Assembly (NCBI GenBank): GCA_030645735.1
Contig: JAUSNP010000006.1
Span: forward strand, 132,095-196,094
Length of the DNA: 64,000 bases
Source of the DNA: Candidatus Moraniibacteriota bacterium
Lineage (GTDB): Bacteria > Patescibacteriota > Minisyncoccia > Moranbacterales > UBA2206
Direction: 5' to 3'
A program made the position numbers and the translations under genes. Below, one piece after another: positions 47,358 to 58,154 of the stretch. The notes under the pieces are model-generated. The model was given only the letters and a program-made list of their open reading frames with translations. It was not told the DNA's origin and made no database searches. Within the stretch, counting starts at the first letter, position 1. The number at the start of each line of letters is the position of its first letter.

Positions 47358-49115
47358 TTATTCTTCATCACCAGTTTCAGATAAGATTTCCTCCCAACGA
47401 AAACGCACTGGCACATTTGGTCCACTTTGTGGCTTGCCCTTGGGTCTGAATTCCTGACTGTCAGTGGTAATAAATTCTTTTTTCGGTATCAAATTCATCA
47501 CCAAAAGCGTACCGAATTCTTTTTGGCCTACAATATCGAATTTTCCAGTATAATCGTCTAGTTCAGCATCCAAGTTTGCTCCGGATGGATAGATTAAGAA
47601 ATAATTACTATCACGATATATTTTATTGGTGCGCATATCATCGCGCGGAATCTGACGTTGCTCTAGGTTATATAAAAAAGCTCGGCGATAGAAAGGATCA
47701 CTATCCAAATAAATTGGGAAACCATTCTTTTTGTGAAATTCTTCCAAGTAGTCAGTGATGATTTCTTGCTGAAGCATAGTCACTCGCTCTTGTTCCTTAA
47801 GAATCCTGTCAGTTTTAATTTTGAAATTTTCAAATGGCGCCCTACTCAATTCTGAGAATCTAACTTGGGTTTCGCGCAAATTGGAAAACAAAATAATGGC
47901 CACAATCGCAATCAACACAGCCAACGCGGTTCGCCTATTTTTGATAATCTGGCCAAAAAATTGCAACATCAATCCCAAAAATATAAACGGCAATCCCGCC
48001 ACTATCAAGAAAAATCTGGGCGCAAAATCATAGGCAATCGGTGTGAAAGCTACAAAAGAAATGCCGAACCACAAACAAACCAAAATGACAAAATCTCGCT
48101 GTGGACTGTTTTCCTTGCGCCAAATTCTTATCAAATTATACGCCAGCAAGATTATGCCAGCCGAAAACAAAATCACCGACAAAATTCCCATCGGCGTGCC
48201 ATTCTTGCAATCTTCATCACAAACCAAAACCGCGGGAACAACTTTGTGGTTAACTTTGGGCAACTCAGCTTCCTGATAACTGCTCACCAACAACAAATAA
48301 CTCAGGGAGTTTTCTTTATAGTTTCGAACGGCTTTTTCAAAAAACGAATTGTCATTTTTGGTGGATTTTTTAGTGAAAACTTTAGCAAATTGTTTGATAT
48401 TCGCTCCGCCTGTGCCAAAATCATTCACAATTGGCGGGATATATAGAACTACAAAAATCAAGACTGCCGCAAACCAATGAATCAATCTCAATTTTGGTCG
48501 CTTAATTAGAAGATATACCATCGTCACTGCTGGCACTACCAAAAACGCCACGAAATGCAGTTGGGTGGTGATAGCCATTGCGCCTGATGCCAATGCTACC
48601 CACCAACCCTTCCTTTTTTCATTGGGATCAACTGTGCGCAACAGCGCATAAAAAGTCAGCAGAATGAAAAATGGCAAATTGTTCGGATTCCACGCAAAAC
48701 GCGAATACATAATCAAAAACAGCGAAGTGGAAAAAACCGCCAAAAGTGCCACGGATATTTTTCGATCAAAATATCTGCGCACAAAAAGATAAAACACTGG
48801 CAGGGTCAAAATAGAAAAAATCAAATTGACTGTCGCAATGCCTGGCGGGGTGTTGCCAAAAATCTTGGCGCTTACATATTCAAAATAATAAAAAGCTGGT
48901 CCGAGTCGCAAAAATGAACCCGCCGCCTTGGGCCCCAAAAGTGGCAAATTCGATGCCCCTTCCTCCACGGCCAAATCAATCACAATGGCGTCGCGAGATT
49001 GATCCAATTCAAAATGCAACCAATCGGAAAAATGATAGACGCGCAGAAAGGTTCCCAGCGCCAAAATAGCCAAAATCAACCCAACAAACCAATACTTTTT
49101 GAAATAGTTATTCAC
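47358..49115 (-). CDS. GT-C-fold membrane glycosyltransferase (ArnT/PMT-like)
   Basis: N-terminal TM followed by D-x-D-containing loop; polytopic. Confidence 0.55.
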   Translation of the reverse strand: MNNYFKKYWFVGLILAILALGTFLRVYHFSDWLHFELDQSRDAIVIDLAVEEGASNLPLLGPKAAGSFLRLGPAFYYFEYVSAKIFGNTPPGIATVNLIFSILTLPVFYLFVRRYFDRKISVALLAVFSTSLFLIMYSRFAWNPNNLPFFILLTFYALLRTVDPNEKRKGWWVALASGAMAITTQLHFVAFLVVPAVTMVYLLIKRPKLRLIHWFAAVLIFVVLYIPPIVNDFGTGGANIKQFAKVFTKKSTKNDNSFFEKAVRNYKENSLSYLLLVSSYQEAELPKVNHKVVPAVLVCDEDCKNGTPMGILSVILFSAGIILLAYNLIRIWRKENSPQRDFVILVCLWFGISFVAFTPIAYDFAPRFFLIVAGLPFIFLGLMLQFFGQIIKNRRTALAVLIAIVAIILFSNLRETQVRFSELSRAPFENFKIKTDRILKEQERVTMLQQEIITDYLEEFHKKNGFPIYLDSDPFYRRAFLYNLEQRQIPRDDMRTNKIYRDSNYFLIYPSGANLDAELDDYTGKFDIVGQKEFGTLLVMNLIPKKEFITTDSQEFRPKGKPQSGPNVPVRFRWEEILSETGDEE

Positions 49116-49198
49116 TTTGTTTTTTCCTTAATTTATAGTAAAATAAGCCTTATGAGCTACTTCTATTTTATTACATAATCCATAACAAATCAAACGCC

Positions 49199-51475
49199 AT
49201 GTCAAATCAATTGCGAGGGTTCCTGAGAGACAAAACCAACCTACTTTTTTTGTTTTTATCCGCCGTATTAGCTGTTAATTCTCTATTTTTTCTTGCTTCT
49301 CAAGAAGCTGTCTTCCATTTATTTCTAAATTCACTCAGTCATAACTTAACCTACTTTGTGTATCTGTCGATATCCGCCGTTGGAATTGGTTTTTATTTTT
49401 TCAAAAACAAATTCAATCTACTGAATCTTCTGCAAAAAATTCTAATTCTATATTTGCCCACGGAAATTGTTTTCATATATGGCCTGCAAAAAACCACCGA
49501 ACTCAGTCCGAACATTGGCATAGCCAGCGCCATCTATACTCTAGCGCTAGCATTGTTTATCGTTTTGCATGGTTTGAATAGCGACAAACTGACCCTAATT
49601 GAAAATACTCAGCCAAAAACAAAAAGCTCCGTGCTAATTGCAATCGCAATTTTTTCCATTATGTTGACTTCGCTGTTATTCGGCAATTACCATATTGGCA
49701 AAATGGCTATCGTTGATGAACCGCTCTGGACCTTTGACCGCATTCCGGATTTCTGGAAAAATGTCGGCGAAAGAGATTGGTACAACAGTCGGGTCAGTGA
49801 CAAACCAGGGTTGACTGTCGCCATGCTGTCTGGCACTGGTCTTTTTTTCGAAAAAAATCCGCAATATTTTGAAAATATGCCGTGGGTTAACAATGAAATC
49901 ATATCTGAAAAAGCTATTGAAAATTTCAACTATGCTTTCCGCTTTCCAATTTGGCTTTTTGTCATCCTATCACTGCCGATTTTTTATCTCTTGCTCAAAA
50001 AACTAATCGGGCAATCCAGCGCGCTCCTGTCCATTTCCTTTATTGGACTTTCTCCAATTATGCTTGGCAATGCCAGAATCATCAATCCTGATTCAATTTT
50101 GTGGATTTTTGTGTCACTTTCTATCATAACCTACTTGATTTATCTCAAGACTGTTCGCAAGGCCGATCTTTTTTTGAGCGCGCTTTTTTTGAGCCTTGGC
50201 ATTCTCACCAAATATACTGCCAACATTCTCTATTTCTTTTTTCTCGCCCTCATCTTCGCTGAATATATTTTCAACCACGAAAAATATGTCAAAGAATCTT
50301 TCTATGTCTATCTCAAAAAACATCTGCTAAATTATGGCCTGCTCGTTGCATTGTCTTTTGCGATTTTTTATGCCTGTTATCCAGGTGTCTGGGAAAAACC
50401 AAGCCGAGTCTTGATTGGCACAATTTACAGCCAAGCTTTCGAACCACTCTGGCCTTTCTTCGCCAGTGTCCTAGGATTTATCTTATTAGATCTTTTGGCT
50501 CTGAAAAGTTTCCTAATGAGCGCGATTGTTAATTTTTTTGTGAAATTCAAACGAACATTGTTTGTTGGCATCAGCAGTGTTTTTCTGGCATCTATCCTAG
50601 CCACCCTCGCCAATGTCTATCTCGGCATGAAATTTTTTGACTTTGAAAATATCCTCGCTTCTCCCAAATCGTCTTTTGCCGCCACTAGCGCGCTTGGTTT
50701 TTTCTTGTCAAATTTCTATCCAATGATTTTTGGAATTTCTATTGTTGCTCTACTAACAATAATCGTCTTTCTAATTTTATCCTTGCAGAATAAAACTAAA
50801 TTAAACCAACAATCTGTCCTGACTGCATTCTATCTGATGCTATTTATCATCGCCTACTATCTTGGCGCCGTGGCATCGCATGTCGCTTCCATCATTCGTT
50901 ATCAAATCGTCATCTTTCCTATCATTTTCATCATTGCGGGCATTGCTGGCAGTGAGCTTTTTCGAATTTTTATTTTGCAGAAAAATGATGGCGCTCAAAA
51001 AATATTCCTCAAGCAAATTATATTTTTTGTTGGATTGTTAATTGTGCTTTTCGCTTCCCTGTGGCAAAGCAAGCCATTCTATATGAGCTATGCTTCGGTT
51101 CTATTGCCCGAAAAATATTATCTCGATATCAAGGATATGGGCGAAGGCAGTTATGAAGCCGCTCATTATCTCAATTCTTTGCCTAACGCAAAAGAATTGA
51201 ACATTTGGACTGACAAGCAAGGCGTCTGCGTTTTCTTTGTTGGCAAGTGTCATTCGGCGCTTTCGGCCAAAACTTTCGCTACTCGCAAAATAGATTATTT
51301 CGTTGTTTCTTCTGGTCGGAAAAGTCGCACTACCAAAATGAGTAGCATGATTTTCATCAATGGCGCCTCATTTCTGGATATCTACAACAGTGAAAAATTT
51401 GTACAAAAAATAGAACTGGGTGGTCGACCTAATAATTTCGTTAAAATTGTTGAAACTAATTCCATCAAAAAGTAA
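49199..51475 (+). CDS. GT-C-fold membrane glycosyltransferase (PMT_2/ArnT-like), paralog A
   Basis: VDEPLW...DKPGLTVAM loop; C-terminal soluble domain GVCVFFVGKC shared with the next gene. Confidence 0.55.
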   Translation: MSNQLRGFLRDKTNLLFLFLSAVLAVNSLFFLASQEAVFHLFLNSLSHNLTYFVYLSISAVGIGFYFFKNKFNLLNLLQKILILYLPTEIVFIYGLQKTTELSPNIGIASAIYTLALALFIVLHGLNSDKLTLIENTQPKTKSSVLIAIAIFSIMLTSLLFGNYHIGKMAIVDEPLWTFDRIPDFWKNVGERDWYNSRVSDKPGLTVAMLSGTGLFFEKNPQYFENMPWVNNEIISEKAIENFNYAFRFPIWLFVILSLPIFYLLLKKLIGQSSALLSISFIGLSPIMLGNARIINPDSILWIFVSLSIITYLIYLKTVRKADLFLSALFLSLGILTKYTANILYFFFLALIFAEYIFNHEKYVKESFYVYLKKHLLNYGLLVALSFAIFYACYPGVWEKPSRVLIGTIYSQAFEPLWPFFASVLGFILLDLLALKSFLMSAIVNFFVKFKRTLFVGISSVFLASILATLANVYLGMKFFDFENILASPKSSFAATSALGFFLSNFYPMIFGISIVALLTIIVFLILSLQNKTKLNQQSVLTAFYLMLFIIAYYLGAVASHVASIIRYQIVIFPIIFIIAGIAGSELFRIFILQKNDGAQKIFLKQIIFFVGLLIVLFASLWQSKPFYMSYASVLLPEKYYLDIKDMGEGSYEAAHYLNSLPNAKELNIWTDKQGVCVFFVGKCHSALSAKTFATRKIDYFVVSSGRKSRTTKMSSMIFINGASFLDIYNSEKFVQKIELGGRPNNFVKIVETNSIKK

Positions 51476-51476
51476 T

Positions 51477-53315
51477 ATGCCAAATAAAAAAATATCTATC
51501 CTATTTCTACTTATCTTGTCTGTGGGACTTTTTTTTGCCTTTGGTTTTCATCATCTGACTAAATTTGTGACGGCCGATGAACATTATTGGACCTATGAAC
51601 GGATTCCGCAATATTGGCAGGCTCTAGGTGATTTCAATCTCAAAAAAACCTTCATCAACGACAAACCCGGCATCACTGTGGCCATGTTTTCAGGTGCTGG
51701 ACTCCTCGCAGAAAAAGATCCAGCTAATCATACCGCCAAAGTTGATGCGGATCTGCGAACATTTGATGTTGCCAGAACTGAAAATATCAATTTTGCTTTT
51801 CGCTTGCCAATTCTAATTATCAATAGCCTTCTATTGCTATATTTATTTTGGATTATCAAAAAGGTCACGGGCAATGTTTGGATTGCTTTGTGGAGCGTCA
51901 TTTTGATGGCACTTTCCCCCATTCTCATTGGCATCTCGCAAATCATCAATCCTGATGCTTTGTTCTGGTCATTCAGCACGGCGGGGATTTTTTCCTATCT
52001 AGCTGTTCTGAAACATAATCAGAAAAAATTTGTTTTTCTGACAGCGCTTTTTGTCGGCCTAGCTATGCTTTCCAAATACACTGCCAACATTCTTCTGCCA
52101 TTTTTCTTTTTCAATATATTTTTCTACTACCTATTTATCTGCGAAAAATACACTCGGGCAGAAATCAAAAAATATTTCATCTCACAAATTTTTAATTTGG
52201 CAGCCATTGCCATTGGCGCGCTCGCTGTCATTGCCATCTTTCTACCCGCTGTGATCGTCAAACCAATCTACCTTTATCGCTTGACCCTGGGCTTCGGAGC
52301 TATGCAACCAATCATCTGGATAATGTCTGTTATTTCCCTAATATTTTTATTTGATCAATTTGCTTTCAAAAGCGCTCTTTCGTTTTGGCTAAAAAAATAT
52401 TCCCAAACACTCATCGCCATTTCAAAAATTGTACTGGCTCTGGTTTTTTCAATTTTTGTCATCCTGATTGTCGGACGCAATGTGATTCAACATTGGCAAC
52501 TCTTCGAGGTGGTGCCATTTGATGTGAAGGAATTGAAATATATTGATGATTATGGTTATTTCATCACCTTGTGGGAAAAATTTCTTTTTGAATTCAATCC
52601 ACTGGTTTTTTCCATCACCCCCATCGCCTTGCTAGCCGCGCTATTTATTTGGCTCGAAACCTTTTTTACTAAAAAATCATCTGGGGCTTTCTTGGTTATT
52701 TCTGCCACATTTTTTATTCTGATTTATTACATCGCCTCAGTTATTATGGGCATCACCTCTATTGTTCGCTACAGCATTATCCTCTATCCAATGATTGCTT
52801 TTTTGGGTGGCCTCGGACTTTGGCAAATGACACAAAAAATCAAAATCAAGAATGTTCTCAATTTGAACATTGCCATCACGCTTGCCTTGATAATTTTTTC
52901 TTCGGCTATTGTGTTTTCCATCAAGCCTTTCTATTTCAACTACACCAGTTCGCTGTTGCCTAAAAAGGATTTGATTTCCGATGCTTGGGGTTATGGCGGT
53001 TATGAAGCCACCCAATATCTCAACGCCATGCCCGATGCCAAAAACATTACTGTCTGGGCAGACTACTACGGTGTCTGTGAATTTTTTGTTGGCAAATGCA
53101 TCACCGACTACAATTTGGAAACTGGCAATTATTCAATCGATTACTATGTCATGACGCGTCGCGGACAAATCCGATACATGCAAAACAGCGCCAAATGGAT
53201 TGATCGACCCAACGGCATCCGAGTTGAATCATACTACGCAGATCCCAATCCAATCTGGAAAATTGAAATTGGAAACCGCCCAGACAATTTTATTAAGATT
53301 GTGAAAAAATACTAA
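51477..53315 (+). CDS. GT-C-fold membrane glycosyltransferase, paralog B (tandem duplicate of the previous gene)
   Basis: ADEHYW...DKPGITVAM and GVCEFFVGKC blocks parallel to paralog A; start moved to the ATG after the upstream stop. Confidence 0.55.
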   Translation: MPNKKISILFLLILSVGLFFAFGFHHLTKFVTADEHYWTYERIPQYWQALGDFNLKKTFINDKPGITVAMFSGAGLLAEKDPANHTAKVDADLRTFDVARTENINFAFRLPILIINSLLLLYLFWIIKKVTGNVWIALWSVILMALSPILIGISQIINPDALFWSFSTAGIFSYLAVLKHNQKKFVFLTALFVGLAMLSKYTANILLPFFFFNIFFYYLFICEKYTRAEIKKYFISQIFNLAAIAIGALAVIAIFLPAVIVKPIYLYRLTLGFGAMQPIIWIMSVISLIFLFDQFAFKSALSFWLKKYSQTLIAISKIVLALVFSIFVILIVGRNVIQHWQLFEVVPFDVKELKYIDDYGYFITLWEKFLFEFNPLVFSITPIALLAALFIWLETFFTKKSSGAFLVISATFFILIYYIASVIMGITSIVRYSIILYPMIAFLGGLGLWQMTQKIKIKNVLNLNIAITLALIIFSSAIVFSIKPFYFNYTSSLLPKKDLISDAWGYGGYEATQYLNAMPDAKNITVWADYYGVCEFFVGKCITDYNLETGNYSIDYYVMTRRGQIRYMQNSAKWIDRPNGIRVESYYADPNPIWKIEIGNRPDNFIKIVKKY

Positions 53316-53329
53316 CAGAATATATATAT

Positions 53330-53428
53330 TGTCATTCCGGCCTTGAGCCGGAATCTGCTTACTGTAATCGTGAAATTTAATTTATTGCATGAACCAAAAG
53401 AAGATCCCGGGTCAAGCCCGGGATGACA
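53330..53428. repeat. Element family B, copy 6 (orientation 2)
   Basis: Same two hairpins and TGTCAT/ATGACA ends. Confidence 0.8.
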
Positions 53429-53486
53429 GTTATTAAAAAATCGAGAATTTTCATCTCGATTTTTTATATCTGAAACTTGCTCTAAT

Positions 53487-54428
53487 TTATTTATTCTTCA
53501 AATACACCGGTAGGGCTAAGAAACTCAAGAGCATTTGGAGGAAACGACTGAGGATGGCCACGGTGATGACCAAGGCTGAGCTGACCCCAAAAAAGCCGAA
53601 GAATGTGACATAGGCCCATTCCTTCACGCCGATGTTGTTGATGCTGATTGGGGCTGATGAAACGATGCTGATCAAAAAGATGACCGATAGATAGTCCAGA
53701 AGCCCTATTTTGGCTCCCAGAGCCAAGAATAGCACAAAATTGGCTCCTGCAAGCCCAATCAGACTGAAGGCCACTGAGCCTGCCACAGCCTGCCACAGCA
53801 CGCCTGAATTGTCATGATAATGAGCCATTTCTAGCATGAATTTTGAGGCTTTTTCCGGCACATACTGGCCTAATTTGGTTTTGTGTAAAGCCAGTTTTTC
53901 CCAAAATTGCATCTTGCGCGTCACAAAAAACAGCACCACCACAATCACTCCCGCCAACACACCCGCATTCAAAACCGACAAAATATATTTAGTGCTGATT
54001 ATTCTATAATTGAGCAGCGAAAAAAACAAAGTCAAAAGCATCGCTCCAAAAAGTCCGGTCAAGCGATCCACTACCACTGATGAAGCAGCTTGGGTATATT
54101 TCTTTTCCGCTTTGCCAATTTGATAGGCGCGAAAAGTGTCGCCACCGATGAAAGATGGCATAAAATTATTGATGAAAGTTCCAGCTAAATAGAATTTGAA
54201 AAAATCACGCAGGGGCAAATGAATGCCTTTGAACTCGGCTAATTTTTTCCACTTATAGGCCGATACAAGAATTCCGGCAACCAGAACAATAAAATACAAA
54301 ACGATGTATTTTATTTCAATCTTACTTAGTAGCGCCAGAACTTCCTGCCAATTGATTTTGAAAATAAGCCAAAACAAAAACGCCAAACTAATGGCGAGCT
54401 TAATAATAAATTTAGTAATTTTTTTCAT
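53487..54428 (-). CDS. Flippase-like domain membrane protein (TIGR00374/UPF0104, LPG-synthase-TM-like)
   Basis: About 8 TM helices; ...FINNFMPSFIGGDTFRAYQIGK... segment typical of this family. Confidence 0.55.
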   Translation of the reverse strand: MKKITKFIIKLAISLAFLFWLIFKINWQEVLALLSKIEIKYIVLYFIVLVAGILVSAYKWKKLAEFKGIHLPLRDFFKFYLAGTFINNFMPSFIGGDTFRAYQIGKAEKKYTQAASSVVVDRLTGLFGAMLLTLFFSLLNYRIISTKYILSVLNAGVLAGVIVVVLFFVTRKMQFWEKLALHKTKLGQYVPEKASKFMLEMAHYHDNSGVLWQAVAGSVAFSLIGLAGANFVLFLALGAKIGLLDYLSVIFLISIVSSAPISINNIGVKEWAYVTFFGFFGVSSALVITVAILSRFLQMLLSFLALPVYLKNK

Positions 54429-55586
54429 TTATTTAGAAACTTTTTGATAGAGTTCAAAATATTGTCGCGCCACCGAACCCCAGCTCATTGTCTCGGCCAC
54501 CTTGCGACTCTCTTGTCCCATCTTTGCACATAGTTCCGGATTGGAAATGACTTTTTCAATTTTTTCCGCCATATCATCTGCATCACCCATCTCAATCACC
54601 AGGCCATTTTGACCTTCCGTGACCAATTCCTTGGTTCCACCCGTGTCAGTAGCTACAATCGGAAGACCAGAGGCCAAAGCTTCCAACATGGCATTGCTCA
54701 TACCTTCATTGAAAGATGGCAACACAAACAGACTGGCCTCTTGATAATATGGCGTGGTTTCTTCGCGTGGCACGCGGCCAATGAGTTGTATGTTTTTCTC
54801 CAATCCCATTTCGGCCACCATTGCCGTCAAATTTTCCTTTTCATCTCCATCCCCCATCACCTTCAAAAAAATCTGCGGATATTTCGGCAACAACTGCGCC
54901 ACCGCTTTGATCAAAAAATCCAAACCTTTTCTCTTGGTCACACGTGAAGCGCCAGGGGTGATGATAAATCTGTCAGCTGGTTTTTTGCTTGCATCCGGCT
55001 TGAAATTTTCAATATCAATGCCATTGAAAATAACACCAACCTCTTGATCAGGTTTAGCCTTGAGCGCTAATTCTTTAAGTCCAATGCTATTGGAAATCAC
55101 CGCGTCTGATTTTTTCCAGACATATTTGATGATAGGTGTGAAAACATAATAAGCCAAACCGAATCTTTCGCTATACCCAGGCACATCCGAACCGCGCAAT
55201 GACACAATGTAAGGCAAGCCATATTTGCGTTTCAATAGCATCGACAAAAATCCGCATGGAATGGAAAAAAAAGAATGCGTCAAATCATATTTATTGGCTT
55301 TGATAAGTTCTTTGGAAAACTGATAAGCTTTCCACGAATACACCAGCAAATCTTTTTGCGATTGAAAATGCAGATTGCTGGAATTTTTGCCGATCGGCAA
55401 GCGATGCACGCGAATTTTTTCACTAATATTGTCTAGATGATATTTTTCATCAATCGAAGAAGTCACCAAATCAACTTCCAAATCTGGAATTTTGGCAAAC
55501 TCGCCCAAGATATAGGCCGTGGCGTTCGCTGCTCCGCCACCCAATGGCGGATATTCATAATTGAAAAACAAAACCTTCATAATCAA
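54429..55586 (-). CDS. GT4-family glycosyltransferase
   Basis: FVLPSFNEGMSNAMLEALASGLPIV motif. Confidence 0.8.
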   Translation of the reverse strand: MIMKVLFFNYEYPPLGGGAANATAYILGEFAKIPDLEVDLVTSSIDEKYHLDNISEKIRVHRLPIGKNSSNLHFQSQKDLLVYSWKAYQFSKELIKANKYDLTHSFFSIPCGFLSMLLKRKYGLPYIVSLRGSDVPGYSERFGLAYYVFTPIIKYVWKKSDAVISNSIGLKELALKAKPDQEVGVIFNGIDIENFKPDASKKPADRFIITPGASRVTKRKGLDFLIKAVAQLLPKYPQIFLKVMGDGDEKENLTAMVAEMGLEKNIQLIGRVPREETTPYYQEASLFVLPSFNEGMSNAMLEALASGLPIVATDTGGTKELVTEGQNGLVIEMGDADDMAEKIEKVISNPELCAKMGQESRKVAETMSWGSVARQYFELYQKVSK

Positions 55587-55643
55587 TTTGATTTAGACTT
55601 TCGTAGATTCGTGTAACATTCGTAGTTTCGTATCGGTCTTACT

Positions 55644-56975
55644 TTAGACATTGCGTCCAATTGATTTATAGTCAAAGCCCAATTCTTTCATTTTCTTTGG
55701 ATTATACAGCAATCGTCCATCAAAAATTACTGCATCCTTCATTCTCTTTTTCATTTCATCAAAATCCACACTGCGGAATTCTTTCCATTCAGTAACAACG
55801 AGCAATCCATCCACTCCATTTAAAGCTTCGTATTTACTATCAAAATAGCTGATGCTCGGATTGTTGCCAAAATATTCCGGCTGTGTCGCCATGCCCATCG
55901 CTTCTGGATCATGTGCTTTGATAGTTGCACCCTTGCCAATCAAATCATTGACAATATCCACGGCAGATGACTCACGCATATCATCCGTGCCAGCTTTGAA
56001 AGCCAAGCCCCAAATAGCAAAAGTCTTGCCAGTCAAATCCGGACCAAGATTAGTGATGACCATATCAGACAAAATATGCTTTTGCTCATTATTAGTTTCA
56101 AGGGTTTGCATAAACATCTTAGCCTCATAACCATTGTCATTGGCAATCTTAATCAGCGCGCGCACATCTTTGGGAAAACAACTGCCTCCAAAACCAGGAC
56201 TAGCATACATAAACGGTTCACCGATGCGCGGATCAGCTCCCATAGCTCTACGCACATCATCAAAATCAGCACCTACTCGCGCGCAAATGTTAGCCAACTC
56301 GTTATTGACTGAAATCTTAGCTGCCAAAAAACAATTTGAAGCATATTTCACAGTTTCCGCAGTCTTGGGATCCATAGCATAAAAACGACCCTCTCTTCGC
56401 ATAAATGGACTGTACAATTCTTGCATCGTCTCAAGCACTTTCGGATCATCCGCACCCACTACGATTCGACTTGGTTCCATGAAATCCTTAACGGCTGTGC
56501 CCTGGGCCAAAAATTCCGGGTTACTGACTACATCGAATTTAATATCCGCGCCTCGTTTCTTGAGTTCTTCCGCAATGGTGTTGCTCACCATCTCAGCTGT
56601 GCCGATTGGTACAGTAGATTTGTCCACCACAATCAAAGGATGATCCATCAATTGCCCGATGGATTGCGCCACAGTTACCACATGACTCAAATCTGCGCTG
56701 CCATCTTCATTTGGCGGAGTTCCCACGGCAATAAAAATGATATCACTGTTTCGAAGCGCATCATTCAAATCAGTCGTAAAACGCAAATTTTTGTTATCCA
56801 AATTTCGCTCTACCAATTCATCCAAACCTTTTTCATGCAAAGGCACCTTGCCCTGCGAAAACTGAGCCACTTTGTCCGCATTATTATCTACGCAAATAAC
56901 AGTATTGCCCATTTCAGCCAAGCATGCGCCTGTCACTGAACCAACATAGCCTGTTCCGATTACTGCAACTTTCAT
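55644..56975 (-). CDS. ugd: UDP-glucose 6-dehydrogenase
   Basis: MKVAVIGTGYVGSV NAD fold; catalytic GFGGSCFPKD. Confidence 0.85.
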   Translation of the reverse strand: MKVAVIGTGYVGSVTGACLAEMGNTVICVDNNADKVAQFSQGKVPLHEKGLDELVERNLDNKNLRFTTDLNDALRNSDIIFIAVGTPPNEDGSADLSHVVTVAQSIGQLMDHPLIVVDKSTVPIGTAEMVSNTIAEELKKRGADIKFDVVSNPEFLAQGTAVKDFMEPSRIVVGADDPKVLETMQELYSPFMRREGRFYAMDPKTAETVKYASNCFLAAKISVNNELANICARVGADFDDVRRAMGADPRIGEPFMYASPGFGGSCFPKDVRALIKIANDNGYEAKMFMQTLETNNEQKHILSDMVITNLGPDLTGKTFAIWGLAFKAGTDDMRESSAVDIVNDLIGKGATIKAHDPEAMGMATQPEYFGNNPSISYFDSKYEALNGVDGLLVVTEWKEFRSVDFDEMKKRMKDAVIFDGRLLYNPKKMKELGFDYKSIGRNV

Positions 56976-57072
56976 ATAGTTTAGTTCTTAAAGTCCGTAA
57001 AGTCGAAAGTCCGTAAAGCCAATTTTAAAAAAAACTGCTTTATGAACTTTATAGACTTGATGGACTTTTGAC

Positions 57073-58014
57073 TTAGTTATTAGTTATTTCTTTGATTGAA
57101 TAATTCATGCGATTCTGATTCTTGTAATAATTTTTCACCAAGATATCAGCAAGAAGTCCTGAAATGAACAATTGAATTCCAGCTAGGATAAAGAAGATGC
57201 CCATAAGCGGCCAAACTCTTTCGGATAAAGAAGCATTGAAAAATATTTTTTCAACAGCCATCCATAGAAGAATCAATGTGCCAACTACAGAAAAAGCGAT
57301 GCCAGCTCCGCCAAACAAATGCAATGGCCGGTTGGCATATTTTCTCCAGAACCAAATTGAAACCATATCTACAAAACCTTTGATAGCTCGTTTCCAGTTA
57401 TATTTAGTTTGGCCATGCACACGCGCATGATGAGAAACAATCACTTCGCCAACTTTATAGCCTTGCATTTCCAAAACAGCCGGCATGAAACGATGCATTT
57501 CACCAAACAAATCCACTTCCGCAAAACAAGCTCGTTTATACGCCTTCAAACTGCATCCACTATCATGAATTTTATCTTGAATCAAAATTTTTCTCAAAAC
57601 ATTAGCTCCGCGAGAAAAAAATCTCTTCATGAAAGTGTCTTTGCGATGAAATCTCCAACCGGAAACCACGTCATATCCGCCTCTATTCATCTCATCCAAA
57701 AGTGAACCAATGTCGGCAGGATCATTTTGCAAGTCACCATCCATCGTAATAATAATTTCACCCTTAGCTTCTTTGATGCCAGCATCAAATCCAGCAGTTT
57801 GACCAAAATTCTTGCGGAAACGAATAAATTTCAAAGGTGTCAAACCAACTGCTTCCTCCGCAGTTTTGTCTTTGGATCCATCATCAATAAAAATAATTTC
57901 ATAGCTCTTCCCCAATGCCACACATGCATCCTTAATTCTTTGGTGTAACAACGCTACATTTCCCTCCTCATTGTATAGAGGAACGACAACTGACAAATAC
58001 GGGTTTTCTTCCAT
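57073..58014 (-). CDS. GT2 polyprenyl-phosphate glycosyltransferase (ArnC/DPM1-like) with 2 C-terminal TM helices
   Basis: LSVVVPLYNEE...DDGSKD...DGD layout. Confidence 0.75.
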   Translation of the reverse strand: MEENPYLSVVVPLYNEEGNVALLHQRIKDACVALGKSYEIIFIDDGSKDKTAEEAVGLTPLKFIRFRKNFGQTAGFDAGIKEAKGEIIITMDGDLQNDPADIGSLLDEMNRGGYDVVSGWRFHRKDTFMKRFFSRGANVLRKILIQDKIHDSGCSLKAYKRACFAEVDLFGEMHRFMPAVLEMQGYKVGEVIVSHHARVHGQTKYNWKRAIKGFVDMVSIWFWRKYANRPLHLFGGAGIAFSVVGTLILLWMAVEKIFFNASLSERVWPLMGIFFILAGIQLFISGLLADILVKNYYKNQNRMNYSIKEITNN

Positions 58015-58154
58015 GTTTTTTTAAAAAGCTTATCTACAATCTCCTGAGATCATGAATAAACTCTAATATTTATTTACCTTTATATTTTAAGCCAATTTGC
58101 AATTATTGGCAACACAAGCACAAATCCACCTGTGGACAACCAAATGCTCAAATT

